A DNA stretch of 64,000 bases from Verrucomicrobiia bacterium (GCA_963664225.1 OY760937.1:4736001-4800000); one strand, 5' to 3'; positions 46,615 through 56,910 are shown, counted from the first letter of the stretch. Made by a program: numbers and translations. Notes: a model not told the origin generated them from the sequence alone.

Positions 46615-48495
46615 ATGGATCGAGACCGGAACATACAAAGTTTGGGTTTGGGAAACCTGTTTTTGCTGCTGTTTATCGGCGGGGCGACGCAAATGCTGGC
46701 GCTCTATGCCTCTTCGGCGACGGGGCAGGTCGGCGTTGTATTCCTTGCCATGGGCGTGCTGGTGGCGGCGGTGAGCGCCTTCCAGATGCGACTCAAAGCA
46801 CGGGAGAAGATCGAGCAGCTTGAATACGATGAGTTGAAGAAATCGGCCTCGGCTTCCGCGTTGTTTTCCCAGGAGGCGGACACCTTTCCGGCGCGGCGTT
46901 CCCGCGAGCAGTTCGACAAATGGTTTGTCCCCGGTTTTACGATTATATTGTGCGTCCTACAGGGGCTGGGGGCTTTTTTACTGTGGAAGTGGCTTGACCG
47001 TGATCAGGGTTTGAATACGGGCCGGGGAACGATAGCGCTGGCTTTGGCGTCACTTTTTTCGCTGATTTTTTTCATGCGGGGCAAATACGTGGCCGGTATA
47101 GCGCGTTTGGAAAATCATCGTCTGCTGCGGCCTGCCGCCAGTTATTTGCTGCTCGGATCGCTGATGACCCTGTTAATGGCGTTGGCGGAGGCAGTGGGTT
47201 ACTTCTCCTACCCGCATATTGACGTTATCGTGGCGCGCGTTCTGTGCGTGGTGCTGGGGTTTGTCGCTTTGGAGACGCTCATCACCCTGATTCTGGAAAT
47301 TTACCGCCCGCGCCTGAAAGGGCAGGCGGCGCGTCTGCTCTACGAGAGCCGTCTGATCGGACTTCTGGGTCAGCCTGGCGGGCTGATCACGACTGCGGCA
47401 CAAGCGCTGGATTACCAATTTGGATTCAAGGTTTCCGAGACGTGGTTTTATCGATTTGCGGAAAAGGCGCTGGCCTGGCTGGTTTTGTTGCAGTTGGGTG
47501 TGTTGCTGTTGTCCACTTGCGTGGTGGTGATCGAGGCGCCGGAGCAGGGTTTGCTCGAGCGCTGGGGACGCCCTGTGGCCGGGCGTGAAATTTTGGAGCC
47601 GGGCCTTCATCTCAAGTGGCCCTGGCCGGTGGACAAGGTTCACCGCTACCGGAGTCGCGAGGTTCACACTTTCTATCTTGGATTTGTTCCGGATCCGGAC
47701 GCGGACAGGGAAAAGGTCCTGGTCTGGACCAAGTCGCACTTCAAGGAAGAATATAACATGCTGGTGGCAAGCCGGGAGCAGGGTTATCTGGATCCGTCGA
47801 GCGCCGCGGGTGGCGAGCAGGTGGTGCCGGTGAATTTGATCTCCGTGAACATTCCCGTCCAATATCGGATCAAGGATTTGCATGCGTATGTTTACAAACA
47901 TAGCGAAGCCAACAATCTGTTGGAACTGTTGGCCAACCGCGCGTTGTCCCACTATTTGGTGAATGTCGATATTGACGACGTCATGGGCGCGGGACGGCTG
48001 GCTGCGGCGAAGAAATTGCGCGAGGAGATTCAGAAAACCGCGGACGAAAACGAGTTGGGCGTCGAAGTCATTTTCGTTGGGTTGCAGGGGATACATCCGC
48101 CTGTCAAAGTGGCGCCCGATTATGAAGCGGTGATCGGCGCGTTCCAGGAAAAGCAATCAAACATCCTGTCCGCCCAGGCGTATTGGGCGGAAAAGATACC
48201 GCAGGCGCACGCGGAGGCCTCGAACACCGTGCTCACAGCCTGGAGCGACAGCTATTCAAAGGTCACGATCGCGCAGGCTGAAGCCGCCCAATACACAAAC
48301 CAACTGGCCGCTTATGACGCTTCGCCTTCGGTTTACAAGGAGCGTTCCTATTTGGAAACCCTGGTTCGTGCCGTCGGGCCCGCCCGCAAATACGTCCTGG
48401 GGGTCACCAATACCCATGACATCATCTGGCTGAACCTCGAAGATAAAATCCGCAGTGACCTGCTGGATGTGCCGCTGCCCACTGGAAAAAAATAA
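46615..48495 (+). CDS. HflK-like SPFH protein with a large N-terminal multi-TM domain
   Basis: About seven hydrophobic segments, then LERWG...LEPGLHLKWPWP, VQYRIKD, LGVEV..V.LQGIHPP..VA..YE.VI.A. Confidence 0.85.
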   Translation: MDRDRNIQSLGLGNLFLLLFIGGATQMLALYASSATGQVGVVFLAMGVLVAAVSAFQMRLKAREKIEQLEYDELKKSASASALFSQEADTFPARRSREQFDKWFVPGFTIILCVLQGLGAFLLWKWLDRDQGLNTGRGTIALALASLFSLIFFMRGKYVAGIARLENHRLLRPAASYLLLGSLMTLLMALAEAVGYFSYPHIDVIVARVLCVVLGFVALETLITLILEIYRPRLKGQAARLLYESRLIGLLGQPGGLITTAAQALDYQFGFKVSETWFYRFAEKALAWLVLLQLGVLLLSTCVVVIEAPEQGLLERWGRPVAGREILEPGLHLKWPWPVDKVHRYRSREVHTFYLGFVPDPDADREKVLVWTKSHFKEEYNMLVASREQGYLDPSSAAGGEQVVPVNLISVNIPVQYRIKDLHAYVYKHSEANNLLELLANRALSHYLVNVDIDDVMGAGRLAAAKKLREEIQKTADENELGVEVIFVGLQGIHPPVKVAPDYEAVIGAFQEKQSNILSAQAYWAEKIPQAHAEASNTVLTAWSDSYSKVTIAQAEAAQYTNQLAAYDASPSVYKERSYLETLVRAVGPARKYVLGVTNTHDIIWLNLEDKIRSDLLDVPLPTGKK

Positions 48496-48525
48496 TTTCG
48501 TCCCTAATCAGACACTGTTGAGACT

Positions 48526-49431
48526 ATGAAGAAAAATCCCATCACGTTTGTAACCGCCGCCGTGCTGGCCGTGATTTTTGGCCTGATGCTGTTCACCTTT
48601 CAAGTGCGCCAGACCGAGATTGCGGTGTTGACCACATTCGATAAATACTCCCGGAGCATCAGCGACCCGGGCTTCAACTGGAGGCTGCCATGGCCGATTC
48701 AAAAGGTTTATCGCTTCGATAACCGCGTGCAAAATTTCGAGCGTAAATTCGAGCAGACCACGACCCGGGACGGCATCAACGTGTTGATCACGGTCTTTGC
48801 CGGGTGGCAGATCGCCGACCCCCGGAATTTCCTGGAGAGTTTCAGCGGGGATTCCCTGAAGGCGGAGCAGGCGCTGGAACCGCTGGTGCGGACCATGAAG
48901 ACAGGGGTGCTTGGCCAGCACGCGTTTGGAGACCTGATTTCGACGAATGCCTCGGAATTGAAGTTCGACATCATCGAAGAGGAGATGCTTGCGAACATCA
49001 AAGACCAGGCGCGAAAGAATTACGGCATCGATGTGCGATTCGTGCGCATCAAGCAGTTGGGCCTGCCGGAGAGCATCACGACGAAGGTGTTCTCGCGCAT
49101 GAAAGCGGAACGTCAGACCCAGGTCACGCGGTTTTTGTCCGAAGGCGAACGGGAGGCCAAGATCACCCGGGCCAAGGCGGACAGCACGGCCAACCAGATC
49201 CTTTCGGATGCGCGCGCCTCCGCAATACAAATCACAGGCCAGGCGGAGGCCAAGGCTTCGGAATACTACAAGGTGCTCCAGCAAAATCCTGAACTTGCCA
49301 ATTTCTTATTCCAGCGCAACGCCCTGGAGGCATCGCTTAAGGATCGCGCCACGCTGATTCTGGACCAGCAGACCCCTCCGTTTAACATGTTGGGTGGCGT
49401 GGTAAAACCGGCCTCCAGCAAAGCTCAATAA
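48526..49431 (+). CDS. HflC-like SPFH protein
   Basis: FQVRQTEIAV, PGFNWRLPWPIQ.V..FDNR, YGIDV..V.IKQLGLP, RMKAER, EGEREA.....AD. Confidence 0.88.
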   Translation: MKKNPITFVTAAVLAVIFGLMLFTFQVRQTEIAVLTTFDKYSRSISDPGFNWRLPWPIQKVYRFDNRVQNFERKFEQTTTRDGINVLITVFAGWQIADPRNFLESFSGDSLKAEQALEPLVRTMKTGVLGQHAFGDLISTNASELKFDIIEEEMLANIKDQARKNYGIDVRFVRIKQLGLPESITTKVFSRMKAERQTQVTRFLSEGEREAKITRAKADSTANQILSDARASAIQITGQAEAKASEYYKVLQQNPELANFLFQRNALEASLKDRATLILDQQTPPFNMLGGVVKPASSKAQ

Positions 49432-49438
49432 TCGCGCG

Positions 49439-50557
49439 ATGAATCCGGATCAACACTCTCACCATTCGAAGCCGGAGGCGGTGGCTCCTGTCGCGCACGC
49501 GCATGAGCACGAAGCCCCGGCGCCGGCGGAAGATGCCGCAACGCGGGCACTGGCCGAGGCCCTTGGCAGCAGCTTCAAAATTGTCAAACTGCTGATGTTT
49601 GCGCTGGTGGTCGTATTCATAGGGTCGGGCATTTTTACGGTCAATCCCGGCGAGGTGGCGGTGATCCTGCGCTTCGGACGGCCCGTGGGCGTGGGCGCGG
49701 ATCAGATGCTCAAACCGGGACTGCATTGGGCCTTTCCCTATCCGATCGATGAGGTGATGAAGATCGCCGTGGGCCAGAGCCGGACGGTGGTGGGCCGCGC
49801 CCCATGGGCGCCGGATCTTGACAATCCCAACGCCGTGTCGATGGGGCCGGTTTTGAGGCCGGGAATTGACGGGTGCGCATTGACGGGGGATGGAAACATC
49901 ATTCACGCGCGCGCCACGCTCAAATACCGGCTGCAACCGACCGGGATATTGAATTACGCCTTCAACTACACCGATGTCACCAACCTGCTTGAGAACGTCT
50001 TGAATAATTCCCTTTATTACGCCGCCACTCATTTCACAGCGGAGGAGGCGATATTCCGTGACAAGGTGGCCTTCATGGATCTGGTGCATAAAAGGCTCTC
50101 GCAATTGATCGATGAGACGGGCGTGGGCGTGGCGATTGAATCGCTGGATGTGGAAACCAGCGCGCCGCTGGACGTGCGCGCCGCCTTTAACGCGGTGCTT
50201 GAGGCCCAGCAAATGTCCCGCACCCGCATCAGCGAGTCCGAGACGTATGCCCGCAGCACCACCAATGCAGCCCTGGGCCAGGCCTCCGTGGTCTGGAATG
50301 ACGGCATTACGCGCAGCAATCAGCTTGTGCGAACCGTGGATGCCGAGGCCAAATCGTTCAGTGACCAACTCCCGTATTTCGAGGCGAATCCGGATTTGTT
50401 CAAGCAACGGCTTCTTGCGGCAACAATGCAGCGGGTTCTGACGAACGCGCAGGACAAGTTCTTTATTCCAAACCGGGCCGATGGGAACACGCGCGAGCTG
50501 CGACTCCAGTTGAATCGCGAGCCTCAAAAATCCAGGAGTGAAACCTCCGCCCCGTAG
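49439..50557 (+). CDS. Second HflK-like SPFH protein with His-rich N-terminus
   Basis: HSHHSK..HAHEHE, then GIFTV.PGE.AVILRFG, PGLHWAFPYPID, LTGDGNII, P..V..AFN.V..A. Confidence 0.88.
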   Translation: MNPDQHSHHSKPEAVAPVAHAHEHEAPAPAEDAATRALAEALGSSFKIVKLLMFALVVVFIGSGIFTVNPGEVAVILRFGRPVGVGADQMLKPGLHWAFPYPIDEVMKIAVGQSRTVVGRAPWAPDLDNPNAVSMGPVLRPGIDGCALTGDGNIIHARATLKYRLQPTGILNYAFNYTDVTNLLENVLNNSLYYAATHFTAEEAIFRDKVAFMDLVHKRLSQLIDETGVGVAIESLDVETSAPLDVRAAFNAVLEAQQMSRTRISESETYARSTTNAALGQASVVWNDGITRSNQLVRTVDAEAKSFSDQLPYFEANPDLFKQRLLAATMQRVLTNAQDKFFIPNRADGNTRELRLQLNREPQKSRSETSAP

Positions 50558-50574
50558 TATATTACAGGCATGTT

Positions 50575-52629
50575 ATGCAGGTAACTTCATTAATCAGTCG
50601 GGAAAAAGAGGCGTGCTGCGATCACGACCACGATCACGATCACGACCAAGGGCATGATCATCACCACGATCATGATCACTCAGGTCACGATCACGAGCAC
50701 ACGCCGGTCCATCTTTGGCAGACCATCATCGGTTTGATTCTGGTGATTAACTCCTTTGTGGTGGAGTGGGTTTTTGGCAAGGACAGCGGTGTCGCGGGAT
50801 TGAGCGCGATGGTGGGCACCATTATTCTCGGGTACCCGATCGTGCTCACCTCGATCAAAGATCTCCGAAAAGGGGTTTTGAGCATCAACGAACTGGTCAC
50901 CATCGCGGTTCTGGCGGCCTTTGCCTCGGGGAATTACCAGACGGCGGGTGTGGTCGCCTTTTTCATGCTTTTGGGCGAGATCATCGAAACACGCACGGCG
51001 GACGGGGCGCGGGCGTCCATCGAGTCGCTGATCAAACTCACACCAACCAAGGCTCGACGCATCAAGGGTTCGGCTGAGGAGGAAGTGGCGGCGAAGGATC
51101 TTGCGGTGGGCGATTTGATTCGAGTGCGGCCCGGAGACAATATCGCGGCTGACGGTGTCATTGCATCTGGGCAGGGTTCCTTCAACCAGGCCAATATCAC
51201 GGGGGAATCGCTTCCGGTGGATAAGAAGCCCGGGGACGATGTGTTTGCCGGCACCATCAATCTGACCGGCGTCATCGAGATCAAGGTCACTCGCGCCGGT
51301 GAGGATACGACACTGGGCCGGGTCCGGGATTTGATCCTGGCGGCGGAAAAAACGAAGTTGCCGATCATGCGCATCATCGACCAGTACATGGGCTACTACA
51401 CGCCCCTGGTGCTGGTGTTGGCGGCCATGGTCTGGGCCTTTACAAAGGATTTGAACAGCGTGATCTCCGTGCTGATCGTTTCCTGCCCGTGCGCCTTTAT
51501 TCTGGCGACACCGACGGCGATGGTGGCCGCGTTGTCCGTGGCGGCCCGATTGGGCATATTGATCAAAAACGTCAGCGACATCGAAATGGCGGCCCGGATC
51601 AACGCCTTTATTTTTGACAAGACAGGCACGCTGACCACGGGAAATCTGGTCGTGAGCCGGTTGGCGCCATTGAACGATACAACGCCGGCGGAATTATTGC
51701 GCGTGGCGGCATCGGCCGAGCGATACAGTAACCATCCGACGGCGAAAGCGCTGACCCAACTTGCTGGCGAGGCATCCGTACCCCTGGCCGAGCCGAAGGA
51801 TTTTGCGGAAACAGCCGGGCGCGGCATTCGGGCGCAAGTCGAGGGACGCACCGTTTTGGCCGGGCGCGCCCAGTGGCTCAAGGACAATGGGGTGGGCGGG
51901 GACTTTCTCAAGGCAGTGGATATCAACGAAACCGAGGGGTTCAGCCTCATTTTTGTCGCGCGCGACGGTCATTGCATCGGCTGGGTGGGACTCCAGGACG
52001 CCACGCGGGCGGAAGCTCGTGAATCGCTGGCGGCGCTCACGGAATGCGGTGTGCGGCGGATCGCCATGGTGACCGGGGATCGCCAGCCGGTGGCCGCCCG
52101 TGTCGCGCGTGAGATTGGCTGCGAAGAAGTGGCGGCGGAATGTCTGCCGCAGAATAAGGTGGAATTTGTGCGTCAAATGAAGGCGCGCGGATATCGCGTG
52201 GCTGTGGTGGGTGATGGTGTGAACGACGCCCCGGCGCTGGCTGCGGGCGACATGGGCATTGCCATGGGCGCGGCGGGCAGCGAGGTGGCCATCCACAGCG
52301 CGACGATTGCCCTGATGAACAACGATCTGCGGCGGCTCCCGTTTTTGATCAAGCTTTCGCGCAGCACGCGTTCAGTGATCAATCAGAACTTCATTTTTGG
52401 AGTGTTTTTCATTCTTGGCGGATGGACGCTTTCCTCGTTTGGATTGCTGCATCCGATCGTGGCGGCCATGCTGCACAATGTGGGATCGCTGGTGGTGGTG
52501 TTCAACAGCGCGCGCCTGGTGCGCCAGGGCGAGGAGTTGGACCCCTTCCAGGGGGTGCGTCGGCAGGCGGCACGTGATGCGGCGTCAGAACTGGCGGCCA
52601 AACCGGCGGTGAGCGGCGCATCCGTATAA
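50575..52629 (+). CDS. Heavy-metal-translocating P1B-type ATPase with His/Asp-rich N-terminus
   Basis: ITGES, SCPCA, DKTGTLT, SNHP, MVTGD, GDGVNDAP. N-terminal CCDHDHDHDHDQGHDHHHDHDHSGHDHEH. Confidence 0.96.
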   Translation: MQVTSLISREKEACCDHDHDHDHDQGHDHHHDHDHSGHDHEHTPVHLWQTIIGLILVINSFVVEWVFGKDSGVAGLSAMVGTIILGYPIVLTSIKDLRKGVLSINELVTIAVLAAFASGNYQTAGVVAFFMLLGEIIETRTADGARASIESLIKLTPTKARRIKGSAEEEVAAKDLAVGDLIRVRPGDNIAADGVIASGQGSFNQANITGESLPVDKKPGDDVFAGTINLTGVIEIKVTRAGEDTTLGRVRDLILAAEKTKLPIMRIIDQYMGYYTPLVLVLAAMVWAFTKDLNSVISVLIVSCPCAFILATPTAMVAALSVAARLGILIKNVSDIEMAARINAFIFDKTGTLTTGNLVVSRLAPLNDTTPAELLRVAASAERYSNHPTAKALTQLAGEASVPLAEPKDFAETAGRGIRAQVEGRTVLAGRAQWLKDNGVGGDFLKAVDINETEGFSLIFVARDGHCIGWVGLQDATRAEARESLAALTECGVRRIAMVTGDRQPVAARVAREIGCEEVAAECLPQNKVEFVRQMKARGYRVAVVGDGVNDAPALAAGDMGIAMGAAGSEVAIHSATIALMNNDLRRLPFLIKLSRSTRSVINQNFIFGVFFILGGWTLSSFGLLHPIVAAMLHNVGSLVVVFNSARLVRQGEELDPFQGVRRQAARDAASELAAKPAVSGASV
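50620..50700 (+). repeat. Imperfect CAYGAY hexamer repeat encoding the His-Asp tract
   Basis: gatcacgaccacgatcacgatcacgac...catgatcatcaccacgatcatgatcac. Confidence 0.7.
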
Positions 52630-52710
52630 TACAATGATGAAACCTGACGCCACACTATTGACGGTCATGGATGTGCGATTCCGGACATCGACAACGCGGA
52701 GGATTCAACC

Positions 52711-53922
52711 ATGAGTTTGGAAGAAGTTTCTCAAGCGGCCGCTTCCCAGGAAGTCGTCGTGGCCGTTCGCGGACTGACGAAGATCTTCAAGGATTTCTGG
52801 GGTCGGCCCAAGGCCCGTGCGGTTGATCAGGTGGACTTTGAAGTGCGTCGGGGCGAGGTTTTCGGGTTGCTGGGTCCGAATGGATCGGGCAAATCGACCA
52901 CGGTAAAACTTTTGCTCGGTTTACTGCATCCCAGCAAGGGGCATATCGAGGTGTTTGGCCATTCGCCGCGGCATGTGGCCACGAAGGCGCGCATCGGTTA
53001 TCTGCCCGAGGAATCTTACTTGTATCGTTATCTGGATTCCAAGGAGACGCTCACTTTCTTTGGCAGCCTTTTTGACATTGCCGATGAGGAGCGTCGCAAG
53101 CGCGCGGAGCAATTGCTGGAGATGGTGGGGCTTAGCCAGGTGCAATCGCGCACGGTCGGAGAGTTTTCCAAGGGCATGCAGCGGCGCATCGGACTGGCGC
53201 AGGCCCTCATCAACGATCCTGACCTCATTATTCTCGATGAGCCGACCTCGGGCCTGGACCCGATTGGTTGCCGCGAGGTCAAGGACCTGATCGTTGCGCT
53301 GGCGCGGCGCGGCAAAACAATCATTTTGAGCAGTCATTTGCTCGCCGATGTCGAGGACGTGTGCGACCGGGTGGTGATTTATTACGGTGGAAAAATCCAG
53401 GCCATGGGGGCCCTGAAGGATTTGCTGGCCACGCCCGATTCCCTGCGCATCACCACGCCCAGCCTGCCACGGGAGACAATGCAGAAGGTGCTGGAAATCA
53501 TCCGACACGATGTGGATGCGGACCGGGTGCGGGTGGATGTGCCGACGCAAAACCTGGAAAGCTATTTTTTAAGCGTGGTGCAAAAAGCCCGCCAGAACGA
53601 ACAGCACACCTCGGGCGCCACATCGGGCAGCCATGTGGCGAATTATCTGGCCGGTCCGGAAACGGCGCCGCAATCGGACAAGATTCTGGAGCGGCTGGCT
53701 GCGCCCGCGCCCTCGGCCCCAGGGCCCGAGCCAGCGCGCGTGGCCACTCCCGCAGCGGGGCCCGCTGTTCAGGTTCAGAAACTGGAGGCATTGGCAAAAA
53801 CGTCCGCGCCCGCGCCTGCAACCCCGCAGTCGGCTCCCCCGAAGCCCGAGGAAAAGACGACACCGTTGGATTTGAAAAAGGCGGATGAAAAACTCGCCTC
53901 TCTTCTGGGTAAACCCAAGTGA
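52711..53922 (+). CDS. ABC transporter ATP-binding protein with Pro/Ala-rich C-terminal tail
   Basis: GPNGSGKST, FSKGMQRR, ILDEPTSGLD, SSH. Confidence 0.95.
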   Translation: MSLEEVSQAAASQEVVVAVRGLTKIFKDFWGRPKARAVDQVDFEVRRGEVFGLLGPNGSGKSTTVKLLLGLLHPSKGHIEVFGHSPRHVATKARIGYLPEESYLYRYLDSKETLTFFGSLFDIADEERRKRAEQLLEMVGLSQVQSRTVGEFSKGMQRRIGLAQALINDPDLIILDEPTSGLDPIGCREVKDLIVALARRGKTIILSSHLLADVEDVCDRVVIYYGGKIQAMGALKDLLATPDSLRITTPSLPRETMQKVLEIIRHDVDADRVRVDVPTQNLESYFLSVVQKARQNEQHTSGATSGSHVANYLAGPETAPQSDKILERLAAPAPSAPGPEPARVATPAAGPAVQVQKLEALAKTSAPAPATPQSAPPKPEEKTTPLDLKKADEKLASLLGKPK

Positions 53923-54022
53923 ACAGGCGACTCTGGCGCGAATGGCAAACGGACACGGTGAGACCAATTTTTCCAAATCGAATATTCACGGCACGGCCTG
54001 ACCGCCGAAATGCCGCATTGTC

Positions 54023-55414
54023 ATGAAACGTTTGCTGGCCATTGCATTTTTGACCCTGAGAGCGGCGTTCCGCTACCGGCTGGTTCTGGTGCTCCTGACC
54101 TTGTTGCTGGGAATCGTGGTGGCTCTGCCGCTGCTCATCAAAGATGACGGAACGGCGCGCGGTTTCACACAGATTTTGCTCACCTACACACTGTCCGCGA
54201 TCACAGGGTTGCTTGGATTTACCACGTTGTGGCTGGCCTGCGGCACGCTGGCAAGGGAAGTCGAGGAGTGCCAGTTGCAGATGGTGGCGGTCAAACCGGT
54301 GGCTCGCTGGCAAATCTGGATCGGCAAGTGGCTGGGCATTTTGATGCTCGACGCGCTGCTGCTCATTCCTTCGAGCGGGGCCGTTTATGGTCTCCTGGTG
54401 TGGCGTGCGCAACATTTGCCCGAGGCGCAGCAAACCATCCTGCGCAACGAGGTGCTCGTGGCCCGCAGCGGCGTCAAGGAAATGTCCCGGGATTTGAATC
54501 CAGTGATTGAGCAGACCTTCCAGGAATATTTAAAGCAAAACTCCGTCGCCCCGGAGTACCGGCAATCGGTGAAGGATCAGATCCGCGAGCAGGTGAAATC
54601 CGAGTTTCAAATTGTGCGCTCCAGCTATGCCCGCCGCTGGGAAATCGACTTGGGTCCGGCCAAAGCACATCTCAAGGACCAGCCGCTTTTCATTCACACA
54701 AAATTTTCCGTCGCCCAAAAAACAAGCACTCTGGAGGATGAATCCCTCTATCCAACGATCTGGCAGGTTGGGGTTCCTGGCACGACCAATTCCTGGCAAT
54801 TCCGCCGAAAGTTGCCTGCGGATACGATGAACGAGATTCCCATTCCCGCAAATCTCTTCGACGCCAATGGCCGGATCACCATCGAATGCGCCAATGCCGG
54901 GGAAGTGGATTTGCTTTTTTTGCTGGATGATGGATTGGAGGTGCTCTACCGGGACGGCGGGTTCACGGTTAATTTTGCGCGGGGTGTGGCGATCATTTTT
55001 TGCTGGATGGCGCTGCTGGCGGCGATCGGTCTGGCGGCCGCCAGTTTCCTCTCCTTTCCAGTGGCTGCTTTTGTGGCCATGGGAATTCTGGTCGTCGGAT
55101 TTTCCAGCGGCACCATGGCCCAGGTGCTTGAGGAAGGCGGCATTTCGGGGGTCAACCATGAGACCGGACGTGTGGCCTCACCGAGTCTGATCGATATGGT
55201 GGCGGTGCCGATTTTCAGCGGAATGCTCAAGGTGATTAATCTGGTGCAAGGGTTCTCCCCGATCGACAACCTCAGTTCGGGACGGACCATTTCCTGGGGG
55301 CAATTGGGCCTGGCCGTGCTGCAAATCCTGGGGGTGATGGGCGGAATCTTTGGCTGCGTGGGCATCTACCTGTTCACGCGTCGCGAATTGGCCGCCGCCC
55401 AAGGGGGACAATGA
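54023..55414 (+). CDS. ABC-2-type permease with a large extracytoplasmic insertion
   Basis: IAFLTLRAAFR, AREVE......VKPVARWQIWIGKWLG, a ~170-aa soluble insert, and FTRRELA near the C-terminus. Confidence 0.82.
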   Translation: MKRLLAIAFLTLRAAFRYRLVLVLLTLLLGIVVALPLLIKDDGTARGFTQILLTYTLSAITGLLGFTTLWLACGTLAREVEECQLQMVAVKPVARWQIWIGKWLGILMLDALLLIPSSGAVYGLLVWRAQHLPEAQQTILRNEVLVARSGVKEMSRDLNPVIEQTFQEYLKQNSVAPEYRQSVKDQIREQVKSEFQIVRSSYARRWEIDLGPAKAHLKDQPLFIHTKFSVAQKTSTLEDESLYPTIWQVGVPGTTNSWQFRRKLPADTMNEIPIPANLFDANGRITIECANAGEVDLLFLLDDGLEVLYRDGGFTVNFARGVAIIFCWMALLAAIGLAAASFLSFPVAAFVAMGILVVGFSSGTMAQVLEEGGISGVNHETGRVASPSLIDMVAVPIFSGMLKVINLVQGFSPIDNLSSGRTISWGQLGLAVLQILGVMGGIFGCVGIYLFTRRELAAAQGGQ

Positions 55415-56910
55415 TGCAAACCCGGTATTACAAACCCTTGCTGGTATTTCTGGCTCTGATTCTTCTGCTGGGGGCCTCCTTCGCGCAGAAGTCTCTGAAT
55501 CAGGCGCGCACCGACCTGGGATTGACTCGCGTGGCGCCACTGGATAACGCGCCGCCGGTGCTTGCGTTTACAACGGTGGCCCTGGGCGGCTTCCGGGGTT
55601 TGATCGCAAACGCGCTCTGGGTGCGGGCGATGGACTTGCAGGATAACGGCAAGTATTTCGAGATGGTACAACTGGCGGATTGGATCACAAAACTGCAACC
55701 GCATTTGCCTGCGGTCTGGGTTGTTCAGGCCTGGAATATGGCCTACAATATTTCGATCAAATTCCAGAATCCGCGTGACCGCTGGATCTGGGTGGAACGC
55801 GGCATTTCGCTGCTTCGGGATGACGGTCTGCGGTGGAATCCCCAGGAACCGAGCATTTACCGCGAGCTGGCCTGGTTCTTCCAACACAAAATCGGCCAGA
55901 ATATGGACGAGGCCCACCTCTATTTTAAACAGGCCTGGGCTGAACAAATGATCGCCGTGCTCGGAAACACCAACCGGGTGGATTTTGACGTCCTCATCAA
56001 GCCGCAGACTGCGGACCAGCAGGAACGGGCAAAGGTTTTGCGTGAAAGATACAAAATGGATCCGGTGGTCATGAAGGCTGTGGACGAGCGCTATGGACCG
56101 CTGGATTGGCGGCTGCCGGAGAGCCACGCCATTTATTGGGCCTGGCTGGGCCTGGAAAAGGCGAAGAATGAGGAGCTGATTACCTTGCGCCGGGTCATTT
56201 ATCAATCCATGCAACTGGCCTTTCAACGCGGCCGGCTGGTTACCTCAAAATATGGCAGGGTGTTTTCATTCGGACCGAACCTGGATATTGTGGAGAACGC
56301 AAACCGGGCCTACGAAGACATGATGGATCAGGATGTCGAAAATCGGGATCACATCACGCGGGGGCATCGTAATTTTTTGCGGGATGCCGTATATTTTCTC
56401 TATTCGAACAATCGCATGGCGGAAGCGGCCAAATGGTTTGCTTACCTGGGAAAACAATATCCCAATGACCACCTTTTGGATGGCCAGCTAGGCACCCTAC
56501 CCGGGAAGATATCGCTCGACGATTATGCCTTGAGCCGCATCTCTGAAGATGTGGGCGAAACTTCGGTCGATCGCACCAAGCTGGTTTTGCGGGGCCTTTA
56601 CGTCAACTATTTCAACAGCCTGGCCCTCGGCTTTTCTGATAACGCGGTCAATTATGAGTTCATGGCCCGAAAGATCCACGCGCGTTACGAAAAGAAAATC
56701 GAGGGGCAGGAGCAACGGGTGGGCCTGCCCGGACTCGCCCAGATCAAGAAGGAAGTGTTGGACGACAGGCTGGGTCCTTCCAGCGACTTGCCGCTGCAAA
56801 TCAAGGCGCAGTTGCGCACGGAATTGGTCTTCCGGCGGAATCGAGCACCAACGCCCCGGCGGCCACCGTCATCACCAATACTCCGGCGCAATAATTCCAG
56901 CAATTTTTGA
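55411..56910 (+). CDS. Membrane-anchored helical hypothetical protein of a PVC-type family; C-terminus possibly frameshifted
   Basis: LGGFRGL.ANALW.RA..LQ, ITKLQP....VW..QAWNMAYNIS, RW.WV.RGI.LL, DWR.P.SHAIYW. Confidence 0.75.
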   Translation: MMQTRYYKPLLVFLALILLLGASFAQKSLNQARTDLGLTRVAPLDNAPPVLAFTTVALGGFRGLIANALWVRAMDLQDNGKYFEMVQLADWITKLQPHLPAVWVVQAWNMAYNISIKFQNPRDRWIWVERGISLLRDDGLRWNPQEPSIYRELAWFFQHKIGQNMDEAHLYFKQAWAEQMIAVLGNTNRVDFDVLIKPQTADQQERAKVLRERYKMDPVVMKAVDERYGPLDWRLPESHAIYWAWLGLEKAKNEELITLRRVIYQSMQLAFQRGRLVTSKYGRVFSFGPNLDIVENANRAYEDMMDQDVENRDHITRGHRNFLRDAVYFLYSNNRMAEAAKWFAYLGKQYPNDHLLDGQLGTLPGKISLDDYALSRISEDVGETSVDRTKLVLRGLYVNYFNSLALGFSDNAVNYEFMARKIHARYEKKIEGQEQRVGLPGLAQIKKEVLDDRLGPSSDLPLQIKAQLRTELVFRRNRAPTPRRPPSSPILRRNNSSNF

